A stretch of DNA of 63,617 nucleotides, the filler included, from Thermodesulfobacteriota bacterium (GTDB lineage Bacteria; DASVDK01), in NCBI GenBank assembly GCA_036381125.1. It is 7 parts of 7 records of this genome, joined end to end, with 100 filler letters (N's around TTAATTAATTAA, not from the genome) between each part and the next. Parts side by side here need not be neighbours in the genome. Positions count along the whole stretch, not along the records: positions 55,483 to 60,159 come from DASVDK010000340.1; positions 60,260 to 63,617 come from DASVDK010000350.1; 5 more parts are not named here. One strand, given 5' to 3'. The notes under the pieces are model-generated. The model did no database searches. It was not told where the DNA came from and saw only the letters and a list, made by a program, of their open reading frames with translations. A program made the translations under genes and the position numbers. The first letter of the stretch is position 1, and every line of letters begins with the position of its first letter. Below, in pieces: positions 58,183-63,617 of this stretch.

Positions 58183-59416
58183 CCGCCGCCCGGCGGCGGT
58201 ACTCCGGCCGGTCCCACTCGCCGCTTGCGAGCACGGCGTGGAGCGCGGCCACGGCGTCCCAGAGGTCGACGTACCGGAGGTAGAGCGGCGCGAAGCCGAA
58301 GCGGAGGATGTCGGGCGCGCGGAAGTCGCCGATCACGCCCCGGGCGGCGAGGGCCTGCACGACGGCGTAGCCCTCGGCGTGGCGCAGCGACACCTGGCTG
58401 CCGCAGCGCTCGGGGTCGTCGGGACCGAAGGGCGCGAGGCCGAGGCCGTCGCACCGCTCCCGCACGAGCCGTCGGAAGAGCCCGGTCATGCGCACGCTCT
58501 TGCGGCGGACCTCGGCGAGGTCCGCCGCGAGGACCTCGTCCACGCCCGCCTCGAGCGCGGCCAGCGAGAGGACCGGCGGCGTGCCGCACAGCGCTCGCCG
58601 GATGCCGGGCGCGGGGCGGTAGGTCGTCTCGAAGGCGAAGGGGGCCTCGTGCCCCATCCACCCCGCGAGCGGCTGGCGGAAGGCGGCCTGGTGCCGCCGG
58701 GCGACGTAGAGGAAGGCCGGCGCGCCGGGGCCGCCGTTGAGGTACTTGTAGCCGCACCCCACCGCCAGGTCGACCTCGGCCCGGTCGAGGTCGAGCGGCA
58801 TCACCCCGGCGCTGTGCGCGAGGTCCCAGAGGACGAGGGCGCCGGCGTCGTGTGCGGTCCGCGTCACCGCCGCGAGGTCGTGCATCGCACCGGACCGGTA
58901 GTCGACGTGGGTCAGCATGACGACCGCGACGTCGCCGTCGATGGCGGCCGGGATCTCGCGCCGGTCGACGAGCCGGAGCGCCGGGCGGCCTCCCGTCAGC
59001 TCGGCCAGCCCCTGCGCCACGTAGAGGTCGGTGGGGAAGTTGTCCCGCTCGGAAAGGACGACGGCGCGCTCCGGGCGCATCCGGACGGCGGCAGCGAGCG
59101 TCTTGAAGACGTTGATCGAGGTGGAGTCGGCGACCACCACCTGTCCGGGGGCCGCACCCACGACCCGGCCGATCCTGTCGCCCACGCGGGCCGGCAGGTC
59201 GATCCACCCCGCGGTGTTCCAGCTCCGGACGAGCCCCTCGCCCCACTCGCGCTCGGCCACGCGGGCAAGGCGCGCCGGGACCGATCGGGGCAGGGCGCCG
59301 AGGGAGTTGCCGTCGAGGTAGATCACCCCCTCGGGCAGGGCGAAGCGCGCCCGGTGTCGGCCGAGCGGGTCGGCCGCGTCGAGGGCGGCGAGGTCCTCGC
59401 GGGCGAGGTCGGTCAT
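58175..59416 (-). CDS. kynU: Kynureninase
   Basis: [53 protein letters not shown]. Confidence 0.95.
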   Translation of the reverse strand: MTDLAREDLAALDAADPLGRHRARFALPEGVIYLDGNSLGALPRSVPARLARVAEREWGEGLVRSWNTAGWIDLPARVGDRIGRVVGAAPGQVVVADSTSINVFKTLAAAVRMRPERAVVLSERDNFPTDLYVAQGLAELTGGRPALRLVDRREIPAAIDGDVAVVMLTHVDYRSGAMHDLAAVTRTAHDAGALVLWDLAHSAGVMPLDLDRAEVDLAVGCGYKYLNGGPGAPAFLYVARRHQAAFRQPLAGWMGHEAPFAFETTYRPAPGIRRALCGTPPVLSLAALEAGVDEVLAADLAEVRRKSVRMTGLFRRLVRERCDGLGLAPFGPDDPERCGSQVSLRHAEGYAVVQALAARGVIGDFRAPDILRFGFAPLYLRYVDLWDAVAALHAVLASGEWDRPEYRRRAAVT

Positions 59417-60066
59417 GCGGGCAGCTCCCGCAGCACTGCGCGGACCGGCGCGGCATCGAGGTCGACCAGCTTGAGCGGCAGGGCGATCAGCTCGTAGTCC
59501 CCTGGCGGCACCCCGTCGAGCAGGAGCCCTTCGAGGATGGCGAGGCCGCGCGCCCTGGCGCGGTGATGGGCGGCCATCTGCTTCGAGTCCTGCGGGTCGA
59601 GCGACGGCGTGTCGACGCCGACGAGCCGAACGTCGTGGGCCGCGAGGAGGTCGACCGTGTCCGGGTGCACCGCCGTGAAGGCCGGGTCCCATCGGTCCCG
59701 GGGACTGCGCGCGTAGGTGCGCAGCAGGATCCGCGGGGGGCGGTCGCCGAGCGCCGGTGCGACCGCCTCGGGGCGGACGAGCGGGCCGGCGCCGGTCACG
59801 TCCACGAGGCGGCACCGCCCGAGGTAGGCCTCGAGGTCGAGGCCGCCCACCGGGGCGCCCTCGGGATCGTAGTGCCGGGGCGCGTCGGCGTGCGCGCCGG
59901 TGTGGGGCGAGAGGGTGATGCGCGAGACGTTCACCGGGCAATCCCCTGCAAGCACCCAGGCGCGCTCGACCGTGAACGCGGTGTCTCCCGGCCAGACCGG
60001 GACGCCGACGCGGACGGGTGGACTGATATCCCAGAGACGCGGCCCGGAGCCCTCGCGACGCGGCAC
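59413..60066 (-). CDS. kynB: Kynurenine formamidase (arylformamidase)
   Basis: [53 protein letters not shown] overlap with kynU. Confidence 0.93.
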   Translation of the reverse strand: MPRREGSGPRLWDISPPVRVGVPVWPGDTAFTVERAWVLAGDCPVNVSRITLSPHTGAHADAPRHYDPEGAPVGGLDLEAYLGRCRLVDVTGAGPLVRPEAVAPALGDRPPRILLRTYARSPRDRWDPAFTAVHPDTVDLLAAHDVRLVGVDTPSLDPQDSKQMAAHHRARARGLAILEGLLLDGVPPGDYELIALPLKLVDLDAAPVRAVLRELPA

Positions 60067-60159
60067 GAAGGGAGCGTAGCACGGGTGTCGGGCATGGCGG
60101 TTGCTCGAGGCGGGCGAGGAGGTGGCCATGGACCGAACGTTTCGACTGACAGCCGTCCT

Positions 60160-60259
60160 NNNNNNNNNNNNNNNNNNNNNNNNNNNNNNNNNNNNNNNNN
60201 NNNTTAATTAATTAANNNNNNNNNNNNNNNNNNNNNNNNNNNNNNNNNNNNNNNNNNNN
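60160..60259. other. Artificial contig linker
   Basis: Same N/TTAATTAATTAA/N structure. Confidence 0.99.
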
Positions 60260-60304
60260 CGAGCTGCTCACCCCGCAGGCGACGTCGCTTGCGCCTTCGC
60301 TCGC

Positions 60305-61270
60305 GTGAGCTTCCCGACCGCCCTCGTCCTGCACCCGGACTGCGCCCGCCACGACACCGGCTGGCGCCACCCGGAGCACCAGGGCCGGCTCCCCGCCATC
60401 GTCGAGGCGGTCTACCGCGACACGCCGGCGCTCCAGGAGCACGTACTCCAGCGCGAGGGCGTTCCCGCGACCGTCGAGGATCTGGCCCGCGTCCACACGT
60501 CCGAGCACATCGCGCTCGTGCACCGGGCCGCCGAGCGCGCCGAGCTCGGGCGTCCCGTGCCGCTCGACGCCGACACCGTCGTCTCGACCGCCTCCTGGGA
60601 TGCCGCGCTCGCCGCCGCCGGCTGTGCCATCACCGCGTGCGACATCGTCCTGGGCGGCGAGGCCGCCACCGCCGTCGCGCTCTGCCGCCCGCCCGGCCAC
60701 CACGCCACCGCCACGGAGGCCATGGGCTTCTGCCTGTTCAACAACGTCGCGGTGGCCGCACGGGCCGCGCAGGCGCGGCGCCCCGGCGCCCGCATCCTGA
60801 TCGTCGACTGGGATGTCCACCACGGCAACGGCACGCAGGAGATCTTCTACGACGACGGCAGCGTCTACTACCTTTCGCTCCACCTCCGCGACCACTACCC
60901 GGGCACCGGCCACACCTTCGAGACCGGCGCCGGCGCGGGGGAGGGCACCACGCGCAACGTACCGCTCCCGCACGGCACGACCGGCGACGAATACCTCCGC
61001 CTCGCCCGCGCGGCGCTCGCCGAGGCCCTCGCCGCCTTCGATCCGCACCTCGTACTCGTCTCGGCGGGATACGACTGCCTCGCCGGCGACCCGCTCGGCG
61101 GCCTCCGCCTCGAGCCCCGCGACCTGCACGCGTTGACGCGCGAGATCATGGAGCGCGGCGGTGGCGTGCCGATCGCCGCCGCGCTCGAGGGCGGCTACGC
61201 CCCGGCGCGCGTCGGCGCCGGCGTGGTCGACACGCTGCGCGCGTTCGCGGGACTTCCACCGAAGGAGTGA
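60305..61270 (+). CDS. Histone deacetylase family amidohydrolase
   Basis: HPE, RPPGHHA, GFCLFNN, DWDVHHGNGTQ, SAGYD...DPLG, LEGGY. Confidence 0.95.
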   Translation: MSFPTALVLHPDCARHDTGWRHPEHQGRLPAIVEAVYRDTPALQEHVLQREGVPATVEDLARVHTSEHIALVHRAAERAELGRPVPLDADTVVSTASWDAALAAAGCAITACDIVLGGEAATAVALCRPPGHHATATEAMGFCLFNNVAVAARAAQARRPGARILIVDWDVHHGNGTQEIFYDDGSVYYLSLHLRDHYPGTGHTFETGAGAGEGTTRNVPLPHGTTGDEYLRLARAALAEALAAFDPHLVLVSAGYDCLAGDPLGGLRLEPRDLHALTREIMERGGGVPIAAALEGGYAPARVGAGVVDTLRAFAGLPPKE

Positions 61271-61387
61271 GGGGACCCGGCCGGGGAATGTGACCCGACC
61301 GTGGCTGGGTCCGTCAGTTGCATCAGCCGGCGCCGCGGCCGGGAGGGTCCGGTGCCGACCTCGAACCCAGGCAAGGGGAGGACTGGG

Positions 61388-62026
61388 ATGAAGAGACGGA
61401 TGGCGGGTGCGGTCGTGGCGTTGACGCTCGCGGTCGCGGGGGGCGCGAGCGCGCAGGTGGCGTGGGACTCGCCGATGCTGGCCTCGCCCCGGCAGATCCC
61501 GGGGCTCGGGATCCACCTGATGTCGCCGGCGGGCGGCGACCTCGGCGTGATGGGCACCTGGCGGGCGCGGACCGGGAACATCGGCCTTCGCTTCGGCGTC
61601 GCGGACGACGGCGGGCCGGACGACGACGTCTCCGTCTTCGGCGGCATCGACGTGCAGGACATGATCGCGCCGGCGTCGGCCGACTTCCCGCTGGACGTGG
61701 CATGGGCCGCCGGGATCGGACTGGGTGCCGGCGATGCCGGCGCGCTCGTCAGCGTGCCGCTCGGCCTCTCGCTCGGCCGGGCGCTGCGCAGCAGCTCGGC
61801 CACGTTCACGCCCTACGTCACGCCGCGCGTGATCATGGACGCCTTCTTCGGCGATGACGACAGCGACCTCGACCTCGAGCTCGCCTTCGACATCGGGGTG
61901 GACCTCACGCTCCAGCCCGGCTGGAGCGTGCGCTTCGGCGGGACGTTCGCGGACCGGGACGCCGTCTCGATCGGCGCCGTCTTCCACCCGTCGGGCTTCA
62001 GCGGTCGCGCGGACTCGGTTCGCTGA
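61388..62026 (+). CDS. Secreted protein, probable small outer-membrane beta-barrel
   Basis: Signal peptide ending ASA-Q; alternating amphipathic strands (FTPYVTPRV, LAFDIGVDL, WSVRFGGTF). Confidence 0.65.
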   Translation: MKRRMAGAVVALTLAVAGGASAQVAWDSPMLASPRQIPGLGIHLMSPAGGDLGVMGTWRARTGNIGLRFGVADDGGPDDDVSVFGGIDVQDMIAPASADFPLDVAWAAGIGLGAGDAGALVSVPLGLSLGRALRSSSATFTPYVTPRVIMDAFFGDDDSDLDLELAFDIGVDLTLQPGWSVRFGGTFADRDAVSIGAVFHPSGFSGRADSVR

Positions 62027-62116
62027 CCGGGGCAGCGGGCGTCCGTTGACCCCCTTCGCGGCCGGGATCTACATTCCGGCCATGGCCTTGACGTCGCGCC
62101 CCACGATCGCGCGCCC

Positions 62117-62917
62117 GTGATGTCGATTCGCGCCGCCGCCAGGGTCGGTCCTGGGGCGGCGTTCCCTCCGGGGAGCGAGGCGTTCTATCGCCACGTCGCC
62201 CGACTCGTCGATCTCGGGCCGCCGCAGGAGTTCGTCGTCGTGCCCTGCGGCGCGGGCACGACGGCCGACTTCCTGTGCGCGCTGACCGGCGCGGCCGGCG
62301 CCGGGGCCGATCCGGATCCCGAGCTGGTCGCGGCCGCCAACGCGCGCGTCCGCATGACTCACCACGAGGAGCGGCTCCACTTCGACGCCGCCCCGGTGAC
62401 GGACCTCCCGTACCGGGACGGCGTCTTCGACGTCGCCATCGGCGAGATCGGGCTCGCCGCCGCCCAGGATCCGGCCGCCGCGATCACGGAGCTGGTCCGC
62501 GTCACCCGCCCGTTCGGCACCGTCGTCCTCGTGCAGCTCGCCTGGGGGACCCGGCTCGATCCCGAGCGCGAGCGCATCCTCGTCGAGCACCTCGGCGTGC
62601 GCCCGTTCCTGCTCGTCGAATGGAAGCAGATGCTGCGCGACGCCGGCGTCGTCGATCTCCACGTCGAGGACTGGACCGGGGCCGCGGAAACCCTGCTGAT
62701 CCGCGGCAATGTGCTCGGTGGGCTCGCCGAGCCCGGCGCCCCGGCCGGCGGAACGGGGTTCGCCGCGCGCTGGCTCGGCCGGCTCGGCCTCCGCCGGCTG
62801 CGCTCCGCCTTCGGCCGCGGCAAGGAGCTGCACCGCCTCATCGTGCGGGAGCGCGTCCTCGGCCTCACCCTGATCAAGGGCACGCGCTGGGACTCGAGTG
62901 TGCCCACCTCTCCCTGA
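62117..62917 (+). CDS. Class I SAM-dependent methyltransferase
   Basis: VPCGAGTT, GAD, DLPYRDGVFD, ELVRVTRPFG. Confidence 0.8.
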   Translation: MMSIRAAARVGPGAAFPPGSEAFYRHVARLVDLGPPQEFVVVPCGAGTTADFLCALTGAAGAGADPDPELVAAANARVRMTHHEERLHFDAAPVTDLPYRDGVFDVAIGEIGLAAAQDPAAAITELVRVTRPFGTVVLVQLAWGTRLDPERERILVEHLGVRPFLLVEWKQMLRDAGVVDLHVEDWTGAAETLLIRGNVLGGLAEPGAPAGGTGFAARWLGRLGLRRLRSAFGRGKELHRLIVRERVLGLTLIKGTRWDSSVPTSP

Positions 62918-63018
62918 CCCGGGCTTTCGATCCCCGCCGGCAACGGCCATCTTTAGGGCTTCGGCGGGCCACGCCTGGCGGGCCGTCGCGGTCCCGCGGC
63001 CGCGCGCGTTCCATCGGC

Positions 63019-63617
63019 ATGGCTGCCGCCGCTCGCGATCCGCACGCCGCCACCGCGAACCCGGAGCGCCTCGACGTGTCCGACTTCCGCCGACTTCGGT
63101 CGCAGCTCCCCGAGATCCAGGGCGCGCTGCGCGAGCTGGGCCTCGACGGCTGGCTGCTCTACGACCTGCGCGCCCGCAACAAGGTCGCCGGCGGCCTCCT
63201 CGGTCTCGGCGACCTCACGCGCCGCTACTTCGTCCTCATCCCCGCCGACGGCGAGCCCGTCGCCATCGCCCATCGCATCGAGGAGGCGCCGTGGGCCGCC
63301 TGGCCGTGGCCGCGCGCGAGCTACTCCGCGTGGCGCGAGCTCGATGAGCGCCTGGCCACGATGCTCGCCGGGCGGGCGCGCGTCGCCATGGAGATCTCGC
63401 CGGGCGACGCGGTGCCGATCCTCGACCTCGTGCCGGCCGGGGTCGTCGAGCTCGTTCGCCGCGCCGGCCCCGAGGTCGTCACCTCCGGCGACCTGGTCAG
63501 CCGCTTCTACTCCCGCTGGAGCGACGACGATCTCGCGTCGCACCGGCGAGCGGCCGTCGCGCTCGCCCAGGTCGCGCAGGCCGCCTTCACCCGCCTCGCG
63601 CGCACCCTCGCCGACGG
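63019..63617 (+). CDS. M24 family (Xaa-Pro) aminopeptidase, N-terminal part (cut by window edge)
   Basis: Not in the ORF track. Manual translation gives LDGWLLYDLRARN...TRRYFVLIPADGEP...HRIE...VAMEISPGDAVP...VPAGVVEL...SGDLV. Confidence 0.8.
   Translation, partial: MAAAARDPHAATANPERLDVSDFRRLRSQLPEIQGALRELGLDGWLLYDLRARNKVAGGLLGLGDLTRRYFVLIPADGEPVAIAHRIEEAPWAAWPWPRASYSAWRELDERLATMLAGRARVAMEISPGDAVPILDLVPAGVVELVRRAGPEVVTSGDLVSRFYSRWSDDDLASHRRAAVALAQVAQAAFTRLARTLAD

Noticed and set aside
58175-60159. kynB-kynU without kynA as a novel pathway
   Set aside because: kynA is often elsewhere, and the contig ends about 90 nt upstream, so its absence is uninformative.

Overview
The window is not one locus. 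It is seven contigs of a very GC-rich (roughly three-quarters G+C by eye) diderm bacterium, probably a metagenome bin, joined by artificial 100-nt N/TTAATTAATTAA linkers at 18212, 24181, 42173, 47401, 55383 and 60160. Adjacency across a linker means nothing, and most long Arg/Pro/Gly/Ala-rich ORFs in the track are shadow ORFs. Recognisable content: GH17-GT2 (NdvB-like) glucan synthase, USP, Rnk, multicopper oxidase, an EF-G2-like paralog, UvrD/PcrA, ftsZ followed by a three-gene signalling cluster, ACT-malic enzyme, an hpnCDE squalene operon, a TPP-riboswitch-controlled ThiXYZ-type ABC importer, GT9/GT2 genes, an NTP-transferase/CDP-alcohol phosphotransferase pair, xseA-M23, a PDH-E1-like gene with Lrp, kynB-kynU, HDAC and an M24 peptidase. 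No CRISPR array, tRNA or rRNA was seen. Most noteworthy: (1) a protein downstream of ftsZ fusing a dead receiver, a dead sigma54 AAA+ domain and a ChpT-like pseudokinase, between a true kinase and a true sigma54 activator; (2) a dispersed 25-bp tandem/inverted repeat family (GGGGTCAGG-pyrimidine tract) at gene 3' ends on four contigs, which has rewritten gene ends; (3) a candidate sigma54-driven, GGA-rich, internally duplicated non-coding RNA; (4) pervasive leaderless-promoter architecture; (5) an IS630-derived mini-element inserted in a CTAG that served as the stop codon of two convergent genes; (6) a decayed toxin-antitoxin cassette with an attC-like half site. All calls come from reading motifs by eye; no searches were run.
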